Shown: in pieces, positions 23,226 through 38,939 of the stretch
Position numbering within the stretch: position 1 is the first letter of the stretch
Layout: the number at the start of each line of letters is the position of its first letter
The notes under the pieces: model-generated
Told to the model about the DNA's origin: nothing
Databases searched by the model: none
The model's input: only the letters and a program-made list of their open reading frames with translations
Made by a program: the position numbers and the translations under genes
Assembly: GCF_009914755.1 (NCBI RefSeq)
Contig: NC_060947.1
DNA: 64,000 nt
Reading direction: 5' to 3' (one strand)
Source: the human T2T-CHM13v2.0 reference genome, Homo sapiens

Positions 23226-25914
23226 GTAGAAGACATTCCCATCCTTAATCATTTTTCTATTTTCTTTGTGTTGGTTTTCAACTTTCTCTTGGATCTCATT
23301 GAGCTTCCTTGCAATTCATATTTTGAGTTCTTTATCTGTCATTTCAGAATTTTCAGTTTGGTTAGGATCCATTGCTAGAGAGCTAGTGCAATATTTTGTA
23401 AGTGTCAAAATACTCTTTTTATATTGCCAGAGTTCTTGGGTTGATTCCTTCTTATATGAAGGAGCTGTCACGTCTTAGTTTTGAATTTGCTATCATTTGA
23501 AGGGACTTTTACATTTTTTTATTCTTTTTTTACTTGAGGGTATGACTTGGGTATATTGAGTGTGATCATTTGCCTTTGTTACTGGGTGCTTTCAGGAGGT
23601 CTAGGCTCTGTATAGGTTCCTTGGTTGTGGAGAACTTTTGTGCAGTAGCTTTCTCAAACGCTGCTTGTTGTAGTGATATTTTGTATGTATGAGTGAGCTG
23701 ACATACTATCTCCTGTGGGACTGAGAGTGTGGAGGTTTCAGGAAGTTTATCTTGTACACTAGCACTGTGCCCTTCTGAGAGCAGATGTTTTATTTGGTGG
23801 TGCAGTTCAGTCTCCAGTTCAATAGGTGGTGCTTAAAAGTAAGAGCTGGTTCACCCTGGGGCACCCCAATGAGTAGAGGCACCCACTCTCATCAGGGGTG
23901 GCTGAAGGAGATCGTGTTGGTGTGTGCTGAGGTCTCAGGGAAAGGGATGATGGGGGAAGCTGCACGAGCTCCTCATACTGTGCAGGCAGGAATGTAATCC
24001 ACTTCCTTATCATGCCCCTGTTGCAAAGCTCATGATTTTCAGACTTCTGGCTGCAATGTGGATGCAGACTGTGGGCACTCCCCTTTGGCAGCTACCACCA
24101 AAAGGGGCTCAGGTAGAGCCTCTTCCCCTAGTTCAGAACAGACAACTCTGTGGCTTGTCTACTCTCCATTCCTGGGATACTGTCACTCTGTGTAGAGGGG
24201 GAGAGATGGGCCCTGCTCTTTATGGAAGGCCATATGGCACAGGCTTACATTTAATAGGTGTGCAGCAGGCGTGAAAAGTGCTGGAAAGGCTTTCTCCAAG
24301 TGCGTACGCACTGGACACCAGCTGGGAGAGTCTGTGCTGTGTCCACAACAGTGGACAGGGGAATGGGAGATGACTCCCCTCTCCATGTCCATTTCTAGCT
24401 GCTGGTGCCACCCCTTCAGTGATCATCACTGTACCCATATTTCCTTTGTCCCAAGTGGGGTTTTAGTTGGTTATGCTTTCCTTCCCCTAGGGGAAGTCCA
24501 TGCCGAGAGCTAGGTCTCCAGGGATCCTGTAGTTCCCCAGGGACCTGCTGGTCCCTTGTGGTTGCTAAAGTTGGAAAGAATTGTGGAGTGTGTTTGTGGG
24601 GGATCTAGTGTTGTGGAAACTCAAGGGCTGAGGTTCCCTGGGCAGGTCTGTGGCCCACAGTGGGTGCACAACCAGTATGGGGCCTGCTGTTTCAGTTTGG
24701 GTGTAAGGGGAGTGTAAGCACCCTTTTGCAAGCTGACTATTCAGTTCTCTGTCCCAGAGAATTTCCCAAATCACCACCAACAGCATTGCCCAGGGTTACA
24801 AGGGCAGAGGGGCTCCCCAACAATTTGGTGGTTATCAGATTGTTGCAGGGGTGAGGGGGACAGAGAAGCATCCTCACCTATCCTTTCTGCATGGCTACAA
24901 GCTCCTCAGGGGTTGACCTCTGCTAGACTCTTGCTGTTTTCCTTTTGTGTACCCCAGCTTCTTCCGATGGGCTCTCTCACAGGTCCTGGCTCTCTTTCCT
25001 CAGCTTTCCATTTTGATCATGACCATTCACCCCATTCACCTGTAACTTTGATCTTCTTTCTGTGGATAACTGGCATCTGATGTCACTAGTCAGCCATTCT
25101 TCTTCTATTCTGCCTTCCTCTAAACCAGTGGTTCTCAACTTTAGTCTGCATAAGAATCACACAGAAGCATGACTAAAAATAAACAATTTTTTGTAACAAG
25201 CCATTTCAATGCAAGTAGACATACTTCTTGTTTCTAGTTTTCCCCCTGTGATTTATTCCTTTTTTGTTCTATTTATTTCAATTGTTTTTATATACCTTCT
25301 AAGCAGACAATGACTGTTTTTAATTCTTCAACCTCTTGCTGAAGTTGGTCCTATTCCTCCTTTGCTATGTGTGAGTCAACATACATTTACTTAGTCATAA
25401 TAACCCGTTTCTCTTTGTTTCCTTTTTGCCTTAAGTCCCAAATATTTACTTTTCTAACATACTCCTCCATATCTTGTTTGGAAAAGGTCCACCTAGTGAG
25501 AGATATGACGTCAACAAGTTCTGAATTGGCTGAAACGTCTACTATTCAGGCAAATGCCTTCAGAGTAGGGTAATTCTGCCCAGGAGATATCTTCCCATTG
25601 GTCCAACATCTATGCCAGGGCTGTAATCAATTTATAGTTGTCTCTTCTGGTTTCCCTTTAGTGCATCTCAGCTTCTATGCATCTTCTCTTGAAGCCTGAA
25701 ACCTGTAACTGCTCTGGTTTGTACTTGAACTTGCTTCCCCTCCTACAGTAACTATGTCTCACCCCAATTGACCAAGCAATGTCAAAGGGAAGTCAGAGTA
25801 CTTGTTTATAACAATCTGCAAAGTCAGGTGCTGGTAAAGGTGAGGTGAATATTACAGGCTGGGTAGTGCCCTTGAAACCTTTCCATTCAAATATAGAGAG
25901 TAATACATGAAGAT

Positions 25915-26040
25915 GAGTCAGAGAGAAGAAAGAGGAAGGGAGAAAGTGTGAGAGTAAAAAAGAGGAGAAAGAACTGAAAGAGGAGCTGAAGGAGGAGAGA
26001 GGGAGAAGGTAAAGGAAAGAGAGAAAGATGAGATTGAGAA
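25915..26040. repeat. GA-rich polypurine low-complexity tract
   Basis: Almost entirely A/G sequence. Confidence 0.7.
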
Positions 26041-26689
26041 TGTTGGGCCCTTAGGTGGGGATCCTGAGACTTATGATTTCATAAGATTTACTCATGCAGT
26101 CATATGGATCCAGAAAGAGAGAGTTGATGGTTCTTAAGGTACAACAAATTCAGAAAATTTGGCCCAGTAAATGCTTTGCTTTGGGAAGGGAAAGGTAGAG
26201 ATGGACCTGGAAGGGAAATGACATCCTCAATGAATCACATTTTCTCCAGTCTCTTAAATCTATCTTGCCCACAAGCAGCCCAAATATTATTCCCAACAAA
26301 CATCTCTGATCATATCTCCCTTTTTGCTAAAATGACTCCATGAGCACTCCACTGCCTACTGTATAAAGTCAAGTCCCTTCAGTCTAGAATTCTAAGCTTT
26401 TTGCAATACCTCCCTAGAGTGGCAGGACTTCTGCCTTATTTTGTGTCAGGTTGATGCTTCAGAATCATCCTGTTTTTCTTCTGTGACTTGGTTGATCCAG
26501 TTTCCTCCTCTTAAACATAATTTTCTTATTGTTCACTGCTAAATGACATCCATGTCTCAAAGCCTAGTTCAAATGCAATCTCTTCCATGAAACATGACTG
26601 CACATCTCACCAGAAGAGCTGAATCCTTATTCTGAACTTATATAGCATTCCAGAATTGTAATAACACATGGCAAACAAAAATAAAGCAC

Positions 26690-26835
26690 TTACTACCCGC
26701 TATGTCCTAGCATAGGTGTTTTGTATATCTTAACCTTCATAATGAACCTAAGAGGCAGGCAATATTATACCCAGTTTATAGATGAGGAAAATAAAGCCAC
26801 AGAGAGCTTAAGTAGCTTGCCCAAGGACACACAGC
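26690..26835 (-). mobile_element. MIR fragment (an L2-like remnant lies just upstream at ~26240-26660)
   Basis: MIR core ccagtttatagatgaggaaaataaagccacagagagcttaagtagcttgcccaaggacacacagc. Confidence 0.7.
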
Positions 26836-27595
26836 CCTGATGTTGCATTTAGTATATTATATATGATGTGATTGCATATATTTGCTTTATACACATCTCA
26901 TCTCTCCACCTAGTCTTTAAGTTCCTTAAACTTTGAGTCTTTGTTTAGTATCTTTAAAAATTCCTATTATAATACATCTTACAAAAAAAGATGCAACAGA
27001 TATTAGTGAAGGGAAGAAAGGAAAGAAAAAGAAGATGAAGAGAGACGAGAGCAGAAAGAAGTGCAAGATCCCATTATATCTTGGCTGAGAGGCTATGATT
27101 ACAAGGAAAAAGAGCAAAGACATTTCAGTGGAAGCTGTTTTCATTTCAACGGCTACTAGTCCAAAATTGCTTTATGTTTCTATCTACTTTACCAGTAGAC
27201 AAAAAAGAACCACGGTCTTAATGTTCTAACAGAGAAGGATAATTCACTAACTTGATTACTCTTACTAAAGGATAAGTGTTTGCTGGTTTGAATTTAATCC
27301 CTTCACTGGTTATAATTATAATGCAAAGGTCTTGAGAGACTATTTTTTTTTCTCTATTTCTCACTGATCTAGGTGACTTTCAAGATGCCTTCGAAGTTTA
27401 GGATTTTATAATTCTGAAAAACATCATGCCTGACATTGGCCATTTATGTCATCAGGTAACTAAACAGTTATGATAATCTCCCATTCCCCAAAGGATGAAG
27501 CCCATGACATTCATGTCCAACTGTCATGAAGAATGATTTGAACCTTTTTTGTCTCCTTTTATCACTGGTCACTGTCTCCAGACCTGGTACATTGC

Positions 27596-27812
27596 CAGGG
27601 GTTGGCAAATTTTTTCTTAAAGAGCCAGAGAGTAAATATTTTTTATTGTTGTGGGGCACGCATGTTGCAACTACATGCCTCTGCTATTGTAGAGCTAAAA
27701 GCCATAGGCAATACCTTCACAAATGGGTATGGCTGTGTGTCAATAAAACTTTATTTATAAACTCAGGCATTGGGCCAGGTTTGGCCCTTGGTCTGTAGTT
27801 TTCCAACCCCTG
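27596..27812 (+). mobile_element. MER58A-like hAT-Charlie MITE
   Basis: TIRs caggggttggcaaa and ttttccaacccctg; ~217 bp. Confidence 0.85.
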
Positions 27813-29929
27813 CTCTATAGTTATGCTATGTCAGGCCCTCAGCCTTGTTCACTGCTACAAAGGAAGTTATTTAATACAGAAATTGAAGACTCAATGGAAA
27901 AAACTGCTGGGGAAGGGCAGCACATGAATGTCATTAATGAATATTACAATGTCTTTTGTAGAGGCCGCTTTCTTCTTAATGCTAACTCTTCTGCCTATGT
28001 ACAGGCAAACAAATTCTTGATTCATCTCCTTTTCAGAATAAATATTTTAACAAGCCTGCTTAAATGAAGATTTTGTATTTTAAGGAAAGCGATATTTCCT
28101 ATGTATAATTGGAATCTTGACATTATAAATGTAACTAGCGTCTAGGCTATAAGGAATATCTTACTTCTGCATCATTTTGAATTTATCAAAACTGTCAGAG
28201 AAGACTCCAGTAAGGGTAAATAAGAGAAATGGTAGACTAGGTCCAAATTTATTTATTTCCATTTTACAAGATAAGGATGAAAGCATGAGAAAGTGAGTTA
28301 CAAGGAATAACTGAAGCATAAAGATGAGAGCCTTCTAATACTCAAAAGAAATAGGTTTATCCTTGGTACTGACCTCAGCCTTCACAACAGATCTCCTGGG
28401 GGAACTGGGGTCTGCTGAAAAGTTATTACACTTTGTAATAACCTAGTGCCTGCCTATAAGCAAGTGCTTGATTTTCTGTTGCACTGGATGGGACAGCAGT
28501 GGTTTGAGGATGGTGTAGGGAAGGCCCATCCCCTCCCACTTTTATAGCTGCCTGATTGCATCCTTGCTCCCAGCCTGCACATGGTAGTGCATGAAGCTTA
28601 GGCATCTATATCCTCCGTTTCTATTTTATCCATCTTCCTGTTATTCCTGAAAGAGTAAGTTCCAACACACTTGTTTCACAATGGGAAAAGCCGTCTCTGG
28701 TTTTCTTTTTAAGAACTGCTTACTGTGCTGAATTTATCTCTTCTCCCCCTTCCTGTTCACCTCTGTCCTTTTTTCCAAACCCTTTTCTTTGTACATCTAT
28801 CCTTTCCCTTTTCCCTTTCCCCAAATGCAATTTCACTCTCCAGTTACTTGACTGTTTAATATTTCTAATTTGTGTTTCAATTTCAATATTTTCCAATGGT
28901 CTTTCCTCATTGAGTGATCCAGCCCCTAAATTTGGAAATAGCTATAAAGCTAAAGCTTTTATTTAAAAACTTAAAAAATAAAAGGTAAACTGGCTATTTG
29001 GGACTCAGAGCACTTGTAACAGGACTACAATCTTGTCATCTATGGTTATGTGACAAACCAAGCACAGAAATGTCTTGAACCCATACTGTATGTAGAGTAT
29101 GGCATAATTCTAGCAACTAGGAAGTCTGTGGAACAGGATAAAAATGGAAAAAGAAGAGCAATCTCCCTTATTTCTGGTTTGAGGTCATTCCTAGATAAAT
29201 TTTTGCTGTTGGTATAGCTTCTTGCTGGCTTCCTGTCAAACCTCTTTTCCTGAACCTTCCTGGGTTCTCCCTTGACTTGTGAATCCTTCTGCTATCCTAA
29301 GTTCTTTCTATTTTTTATTTTATCTTTCCATTTAAAAAATTGATACATAATTGATATACATGTTTTCAGGGTACATGGGAGAATTTGATACATTCATATA
29401 ATGTGTAAAGTTCAAATCAGGATAATTGGGATATCTAAGTTCTCTATTTTGTGGAATAATAGGTAACAGTTCCTATTTCCTACTGTGCTTGATGCAGAAT
29501 TCTTTCCTTTCAGCCTCTTCTATCCTAATCAAAACAGTCATGACCTCAATGCATTGAATCTCAACTAAACTTTAGGGGATGAGGGCAGAGGGACTAAATG
29601 AGCATATGTGGAGCGTCTGATATATTTGAGGCACTTTCATGAACACTATTTCATGAATCTTCACAACCATCCTACAAGAAAGGCATTTTTGAGCCCAGTT
29701 TACAAACTGTAAGATGTATGTCCAGAGTATTGGCCTTACTTGCTTTATAAGTTATCTATTGCCATGTAATAAATAATTTACCCAATATTTAATGACTTAA
29801 TACAAATTTATTATCTCAATTTCTGTGGGTCAGGAATCTAGGTGCAGCTTAACTGGAACCTCTACTTCAGAACATAACTGGAATCTCTCACATCCTGTAA
29901 TTAAGGCTTTGGCTGGGTTGTAATCATCT

Positions 29930-31185
29930 TTTATAATTTTTAATTTTTATGGGTATATTGTAGATGTATATATTTATAGAGTACATATGAAGTTTTGATA
30001 CAGGCATACAATGTGTAATAATCACGTCAGAGTAATTGAAGTATTCATCATCTCAAGCAGTTCTTATTTCTTTGTGTTGTGAACATTTCAATTCTACTCT
30101 TTTAGTTATTTAAAATATATAATAAATGATTGTTGACTGTAGTCACCTGGTTGTGCTACCAAATACTAGTTATTATTCATTCTATCTAACTATGGTTTTG
30201 CACCCATAGTTATTAATAGATCCCACATATGAATGAGAGCATGTGAAATTTGTCTTTCTGTACCTGGCTTATTTCACTTAACATAATGTCCTCTAGTTCC
30301 ACCCATGTTGTTGTAAATGGCAGGATTTCATTCTTTTTTTATATAGTCAATTGGGTATACGTACCGCATTTTCTTTATCAACTCATCTGTTGATGGACAC
30401 TTGCTTCCAAATCTTGGCTATTGTAAACAGTGCTGCAATAAACATGGGAATGCAGATATCTCTTCGATATACTGATTTCCTTTCTTTTGGGTATATACCT
30501 AGTAGTGGGATAGCTGGATCATATGGTAGTTTTTAGTTTTTTGAGGAACCTCCATACTGTTCTTCATAATGGTTGAACTAATTTACATTCCCACCAACAG
30601 TGTACAATGGTTCCCTTTTGTCCACATCCTTGCCAGCATTTGTTATTGCTTGTCTTTTGGGTAAATGCCATTTTAACTGGGGTGAGATGATATCTCATTG
30701 TGGCTTTGATTTGCATTTCTCTGATGATTAGTGATGCTGAGCATTTTTCATATATCTGTTGGACATTTGTATGTCTTCTTTTGAGAAATGTCTATTCAGA
30801 TCATTTGCTCATTTAAAAAATCATATTATCAGATTATTTTCCTGAGTTGTTTGAGCTCCTTATATATTCTGGTTATTAATCCCTTGTCAGATGGGTAGTT
30901 TGCAAATATTTTCTCCCATTCTGTGGGTTATCTTTTCACTTTGGTGGTTGTTTCCTTTGCTGTGCAGAAGCTTTTTAACTTTCTGTGATCCCATTTATCC
31001 ATTTTTGCTTTGGTTGCTTGTGTTTTTGAGGTATTAGTCAAAAAATCTTTGCCCAGACCAACATCCCAGGAGAGTTTCCCCAATGTTTTCTTATAGTAAT
31101 TTCATAGTTTCAGGTCTTATATTTGAGTTTTTAATACATTTTGATTTTATTTTTATATACAGAGAGATAGGGGTCTAGTTTCACT
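29930..31185 (-). mobile_element. L1MA-type 3' fragment inserted into an MLT1 LTR (LTR halves at ~29745-29930 and ~31186-31590)
   Basis: L1MA 3' end tttttaatttttatgggta...gatacaggcatacaatgtgtaataatcac and ORF2 C-terminus. Flanks carry MLT1 motifs (agttatctattgcc, ttctgtgggtcaggaatc, gggatcactggggccatcttagag). Confidence 0.8.
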
Positions 31186-33063
31186 TGGGTTAATGTTATC
31201 TTAAGGTTCAACTAGGGAATGATGCAGTCCAAACTCACATGGCTGTTGGCAGAATTTATTGTCTCATAGGTTGTTGGATTGAAGGACTCAGTTCCCGGCT
31301 GTTGGGAAGAAGCTGCCTTCACTTCCTTAAACATAATCCTCTCCAATTTGGCAGCTTGCTTCATCAAAACAGGCAAGCTGAGAAGGCAATAGAAATACTT
31401 AAGTAACAAGACAGAAGTCATAATCTCTGGTAACATAATCATGTAAATGACATGCCATCAGCTTTGCTGCATTTTATTTCTTAGAAGCAAGTCAGTATGT
31501 TCACCCCACACTTAAGGGGAGATTATACAAGGGTGTGAATACCAGTAGGTTGGGATCACTGGGGCCATCTTAGAGCCTGCCTGCCATATTTGCCCAAGAG
31601 TCTACAGCTTGTAAAGGGCAAATGGGACACGGACCCAGTCTGAGGGTCATACCCTTCTAAAGATATCTTTGGCTTTCATGTCCTCTACTACCCAAATTTA
31701 AGATCTTCAAAGTGGTAGAGCCAAGATTTAACCGAGGTACATGAACTCAAGATCAAACTGTTTCCACTTTACAATGATAAAACCTCCACTTCCTCAACTG
31801 TCAAAGATGCTACTGTCATTTTGATGACCAGTGATATACTCTGAGATCACCTCTGTTGTTATGCGGGAAATAGCTGTACATTATCCAAGTTATAATGAGC
31901 ATTTTTCATATATAATGAAATATATAATGATCCAAAGTTATATAATGGTCCAAAGAGTGTTGCTATGAAGTTCATGCTTGAACTCAACCTATTAGGGCAG
32001 CTAATGGTATCACACCAATCTTCTGCTTTATGAATGCTAAAGTAAGAATGTTCATTGACAGTTTATATTCACTTTCATTACAATGCTGTGTGTGCAAATT
32101 TGTGTAGTTGTGAAATTAACAAACATAATTATGATTTTTATTATGAATTTAAAACATAATGATAAAATTAACTCTTTTCATCAATTACTTAAGTAATAGA
32201 CATAATATATTAGATGGGCTTTGGAGTTGGCTAATTCATTCATTTAAATGGCCTCACACAAAAATTCAAAAATATATGCACATGGATAATTATTACAGCA
32301 TTATTTTAATAACAGAAGACCAGAAAAAACTCAAATACCCATCAAGAGAAGACCAAATGAATAAACCATGGTAAGAACACATAGTTGAGTAGTATGCAGT
32401 TATATAAAGGAGAGAGGACAAGATCTACATACTGAAATGGAATGATGTCCAGGCTATATTGTATGGTGAAAACAGCAAGGTACAGAAGAAGATTATAGTA
32501 TTCTAACTTTTATCTAATAAAGTTGGGGATATGTGTATGTATATACATTTGCTTATATTTTCAAAAAAATAGAAAACTAGACTAAATTTTTTTATTTTTA
32601 CAAAGTTCTGTTTTATTTTTTTTTAGGTTCCATTTAAATTAATGATAACCCACAGGCAATGAGCATTTTCAGAGCCCCAGACTAGGTTCTAGAAGTACAA
32701 TACCTTGATTAAAAGGAACTATTTTGTTTTTAAGTGGCACATGATAATTGTACGTACTTATGGGGTACAATGTGATGTTTTGATACATGTATACATGTGT
32801 CATGATCAAATCAGGGTAATTAGCATATTAAAATGGCTACCTGTAGAGCAATGGAGGAAACAGGATGAAGAAGACAGAGGTAAAGAAAGAATGTTGAAAA
32901 TGTACTTTATTATGTAGTCTGTTTTTGGACTATGTTAATGTTTCACAAAATTAAAAATTTAAAAAGAAATTGGAAACAAAACAAAAAATATAATTATATA
33001 GCAAAATGATGTCATAACCATAAAGAAAAATAATAGCCTCAAGTGACTTTAAAACACAGTATA

Positions 33064-33365
<302 letters not shown>

Positions 33366-34198
33366 ACCAGTATATTGGCTATATGTCTCCAGTGAAATAT
33401 TTACTAAGGACAATAAGACCCACAAAGGAATCTTAAACTGTATTTAGTGATTCTACTATTGGTAGTAACATTAGTATTGGTGGCTTATATGTTACCGTCA
33501 TTGGAAATCAAAATTTTTAGTGTGAAAGAAAAGAGATACAAACATAAAACCAAAGAAGTAAAAATCTTATAATCTTAGATAGATGTGAATAGGAAATATC
33601 GTATGCTTTCCCCAACTCTTCCCACTGAAAAGGTCTTAAATTAATGATAACTCAGAAGCAATGATTCCTTTTAGAGCCTAGACTAGGTTGCAAAAATACA
33701 ATACTTTGATTAAAAAGAACCAATGCTCCTTGGAAAAATGACAGATTCTATGTCTGGAGAAAGAACTGGGCAAGCTGGACCTGGAACTCTTTTTGTACCA
33801 GAAGGCAGAGGATGCTATAGAAAACTATTCTGTGTAAAAAGGACACTGAACTAAGTTGGGAAAGTTTGAGTATCAAAAAGAAATATGATGACAATTAACT
33901 GAAATACATGAATTCAGAGAGTTAAAAATTATTGTCTCTGGAGATTGCACCAACAAATTAAGCTGAAAATTGATAAATAAATTATCAATTCTTTTTATTC
34001 TTCCTTTCCTGTATAAATGGTATGTGAGGGTAAATAATAGCTCATGAAAGGAACTTTCTCTCCATAGAGAAATTCTATCTAATTAATGTAGAACAGAATT
34101 AGAAAATCACTAGCTTTGCAACCATTAGAGAAATAATCAATGTAGCCAACCACCATTAATAAATATCAAATCATTAGGTGAAAGGGTGATAACATCTT

Positions 34199-35737
34199 TA
34201 AATTTTTTTAATTTTTAATTTTTGTGGGTATATAGTAAGTGTATATATTTATGAGGTACATGAGATGTTTTGATATAAGCATGCAATGTGAAATAATCAC
34301 ATCATGGAGAATGGGGTATCCATCTCCTCAAGCATTTATCATTTGTGTTGCAAACAATCCAGTTACACTCTTTTAGTTATTTTTAAATGTGCAATTAAGT
34401 TACTATTGACTATAGTCACCCTGTTGTGCTATCAAATGGTAGATCTTATTCATTCTTTCTATTTCTTTGTACCCATTAACCATCCCCACCCCCTCCCTCA
34501 GTCTCCTACTATCCTTCCCATCCTCTGGCAACCGTCCTTCTATTCTCTATCTCCATGGGTTTAATTGTTTTGATTTTTAGATTCCACAAATAAATGAGAA
34601 CATGTGATGTTTGTATTTCTGTGCCTGGCTTATTTAACTTAACATAGTGACCTCCAGTTCCATCCATGCTGTTGCAAATGACAGGATATCATTCTTTTTA
34701 ATGGCTGAATAGTACTCCATTATGTATAAGTACCACATTTTCCTTATTCATTCATTGTTGATGGACACTTAGGTTGCTTCCAAATCTTAGCTACTGTGAA
34801 TAGTGCTGCAACAAATGTGGGAGTGCAGATAGCTCTTCAATATACTGATTTATTTTCTTTTGGATACATGCTGTCATTGCTGGGTCATATGGTTGCTCAA
34901 TTTTTTGGTTTTTTGGTAACCTCCAAACTATTCTCCATAGTGGTTGTACTAATGTACATTCCCACCAACAATGTATGAGGGTTCCCTTTTCTCTGCATCC
35001 TCACCAGCATTTGTTATTGCCTGTCTTTTGGATATCAGCCATTTTAACTGGGGTGAGATGATATCTTATTGCAGCTTTGATTTGCATTTGTCTGATCAAT
35101 AATGTTGAACACGTTTTCTTATGCCTGTTTGTCATTTGTATATCTTTTGAGAAATGTCTATTCAAAATTTTCACCCATTTTTTGATCAGATTCTTAGATT
35201 GTTTCATGTAGGGTTGTTTGAGCTCCTTATATATCCTGGTTATTAATCCCTTGTCAGGTGGGTAGTTTGCAAATATTTCCTTCCATTTTATGGATTGTCT
35301 CTTCACTTTCCTGATTGTATCCTTTGCTGTGCAAAACCTTTTTAATTTGACATTATCCCATTTGTCCATTTTTTCTTTGGTTGCCTGTGTTTGTGGGGTA
35401 TTACTCAAGAAATCTTTGCCAACTCCAATGTCCTGGTGATTTTCCCCAGTGCTTTCTTGTAGTACTATAGTTTGAAGCCTTAGATTTAAGTCTTTAATCA
35501 AATTTGATTTGATTTTTGTGTATGGCAAGAGATATAGGTCTAGTTTCACTCTTCTGCATGTGGATATTCAGTTCTCCCAGCACCATTTATTGAAGAGACT
35601 GTCTTTTTCTCCAGTGTATGTTCCTGGAAACTTGGCTGAAAATCAGTTCACTGTAGGTGTGTGGATTTGTTTCTGGGTTCTCTATCCTGTTTCATTGGTC
35701 CATGTGTCTGTTTTTATGACAGTATTATGCTGTATTT
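34199..35737 (-). mobile_element. L1MA2/3-like 5'-truncated element
   Basis: ORF 35001-35549 is the ORF2 C-terminal region. TSD ataacatctt at 34189-34198 and 35738-35747, followed by AA (endonuclease-like site). Confidence 0.9.
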
Positions 35738-38061
35738 ATAACATCTTAATGGAAGGATTAGGCTGATAGCCTGTGAACCCCGTGATCATTTTCACATCAT
35801 TAAAATTGAACAATCAGACATTGGGTGCCTCATCATATAATCCAGTTGCTCCTGAATTGAATCAAACCTCAAAATCGATCTACCAATTTATGAAAAATAA
35901 ATACTTTATGGAAGAGAGGAACAAGTTAAATGATACTATGAGGAAGTAATCACCAAAATCTAAACCACGCTATATTCTTCAGGACAAATAACCAAGTTTA
36001 TCCGATAAATCATAGCATGAGAATTAAGAAAAAGGAGGAAGCACAGTAATAGAATTATAGAGACTTAGGAGTCATAATCAAATGCAATGAATGGACCTTG
36101 TAAATCTTGATTACAACAAATTAACTAAAAAATGACCAGAGTATTGGTGCCCTCTAAAGTAGATGTTTCCCTGCAGTGAAGCCAGCATATATGCCTTCAC
36201 GGGTGTTTCTTCTTACCTGGAACTAGAGGAAAGGAGAAGACTTGATCAAAAGTTGGCTTTTGCTGTTTCTCTGCTGGGTTCCTAGGAACTGGGGAGGGCA
36301 TTAACTTGTGAGGGTGGTTGCTTTATACACTAGAAGTATGTCCGAAAAATGATGAGTAAATTGCATGTGTGTAGATTAAATCTTATTTTAAATGTAGACA
36401 GGTCTTTAGAAAGAAAAGGCTCTGATTTGAACCCCAACTTAGTAAATCTCAAGTTTGCTTCAGTGTTTTATATTGACCTATCCACATTTCTCTCTCTTAT
36501 AAAAAGGCACAAACAGAGTAGGGAGTGAGGTGTAGAGAAGGGAAATATTGACTAAATTCAGTGTGAAATGAACTCATCCTTGCCTACAAATGATCACCGT
36601 CATTCAGGAGCAAAACACTGTCATTAGCTTCCTTAGTCACGAGCCCTACCCGAAAATGGATCTTCTAGTTCATGACAACAGGCTATTTTATTTTGCATTC
36701 TATATCTTTACAACAGTTCTGCAGCCTATTTCAGAATTTAATGATATGGTAATTCAGTTTTTCAATAGACTGCACAATATGGCGAAATCACTACAGTGGC
36801 CAAGGACTTACCTCTTTATTTCTTAAAACCAATTTGCAAGTATAATTAAACTATGAAAGAAAGTGTATATCTGATATCATTTAACATCCCCTTCTGAAAG
36901 GATGTCATTAATTGCCTATATCCTTTTCTCTTTCTGAGTCCTATTTATTACAGGGATGTCCTCAGAGTGAACCTTGGGGACTGCTTTCCTGAAACGTTAG
37001 GAAGATTTAAATTTTTCAGTGGTTCAATACTTTATGGACTGTTTTATGACTTGGTCATTTAGGATGCACATGTCAGCTCCTTGACTTCAGAAGATTGCCT
37101 GAGTGTCAGAATAAGCATCCAGACAGTTTATTGAATTGCATCAGCCTTTTTGAGGATGATGCCAACTTCATGAATGACTGTTATAAAGATGGAGGTGGGG
37201 CTTGTCTACCCTGCCCATCTGCCAGTCTGCTGTCTGATCAAAAGGCAGAATGTGTCCATGGGTTTGCTGTCATTTGTAATTCACTCTACATAATGTTAAA
37301 AATAGTTATTTTGTTACATACTGATAAAATATTCTTATAAAATATGGATAAGCCAAAGCAAGAACTTTTTAAATCAGCCATAACTCCAGCTTCTTGTTGA
37401 CATTTTATTAATCATCATTCCTATTTTTTCACTATGAAGAGACACACATTTACTTTAACTAGAAATAAGATGTACCTCAATAAATAGTTCAAAAAATAAA
37501 AATAAATAAAAACAGGATCCAAGCATAGTATATCATAACTTGCTTCAAAAATATTTATGCAGTGAGGACTTCTTCTCATGCTATTCAATATTTACCCATA
37601 GTGTTATTTTTAATGACTATATAGAATTTTGTTGTATGGTATAACAATGTATATAATCCAATTCATTATTTTTGGAAATTAGGGTTTTCTTTTTTCACCT
37701 TTCTTTAAGTATCGCTGAATGAGCTAGCTTATAGCTAAATATTTGCACATATCCATAACTATTTCACTGGGCAAATGTCTTAGAAATGGAATTTCTGAGT
37801 TAAAAGGCATCTATGATATTTCTTAAACCCAAACAAATCTGTTAGTTTGGCCTAATTTTGTTTTCAAGTTGTGTAAAAAGACCCGAACATTAGATCTCAT
37901 TGTTTTGTTGAAAGCCACCTTCTATACATCACCCAACCTCAACTCAATGCCAAGGAATTCTGTGGTTGGCTTAGTAAATTACAAGAAGAATGACTTACAT
38001 TTTCATTGCTCCTAGTACTTTTTCAGTCTTTTCTTTTTGTTTAACATGCATGTCTTATAGG

Positions 38062-38172
38062 TAGCATGACCATATATCACGACTTACCTAGAACAGTTTA
38101 TGCCTATTGTTCCAGGATAATTATTCATAGTACACCCTGTTTCACTGTCAAAATTGTTCCTATTTGGACTGA
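38062..38172 (-). mobile_element. MER94-like hAT-Blackjack MITE
   Basis: tgaccata...tttatgcctattgttccaggataattattcatag...tttcactgtcaaaattgttcc..tttggac matches the recalled MER94 reverse complement. Confidence 0.6.
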
Positions 38173-38939
38173 TCCAATGTGAATGTTAGATAAATGTATT
38201 TGGAGTTTTAGAAATGAGTGGGAAAAGTATTTAGCACTCAGTATGTGGGAGGTGAATAAGGAGCAAAGAAATCATTGTTATCCACCCAAGATACCACCTG
38301 AAATTCCTAGTTTCCAAAGGGTGATCACCATTGGTACTAAAAGCTGGATATACTAAAGGGCCAAGAAGTCTTTGGCTTGGAGGGTACCCTGTGTTTCTGG
38401 TGGATCAAATATCATAGGGCATTCCCAGGAAGGTCATAATTATTAGTAGTCAGGTCATAGTTTACCAAGATGGGTAGTTCTATGGGAACTAAGTTTCCCT
38501 GTCAGAGCAAGTTGGTTTGAGAATTTAGGAACAGAAGGAGGTGTTTCAGGACTCTACTGCCTACTTGCAGATTTTCCTAAAGTCCAGTATGGTACTGTTA
38601 TTTATTTCATGTACACAAGTCCTACTGTCTGAATGAGACATACTCTTCTTTTCAGTTTCTAAGGATATAATTCCGACATATAGTAATTGCTTACTAAATG
38701 CATTTATCATGAATAAAGGGGATAATATTGTAGTAGAATGCATAAGCCATGAAATTTGACATCCAATTTTTTAATTTCAAGGATCTTATCACTAACTTTA
38801 TTATTTTTTCAAAACATATTTTTTACTTCCCCCTGCATCTCTTTCTTCTTCTACTGGAAGCGGAGCTTAAACGACTGTGTCACTGAAGCTCCAGCGTTGC
38901 TAGGAAGATTCAATTACTCCCATAGTGCTTTGCAGTTAA

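Noticed and set aside
23226-23235. 10 extra bases between the L1 5' end and its TSD (possible 5' transduction)
   Set aside because: Too short to distinguish from untemplated addition or a variable L1 start
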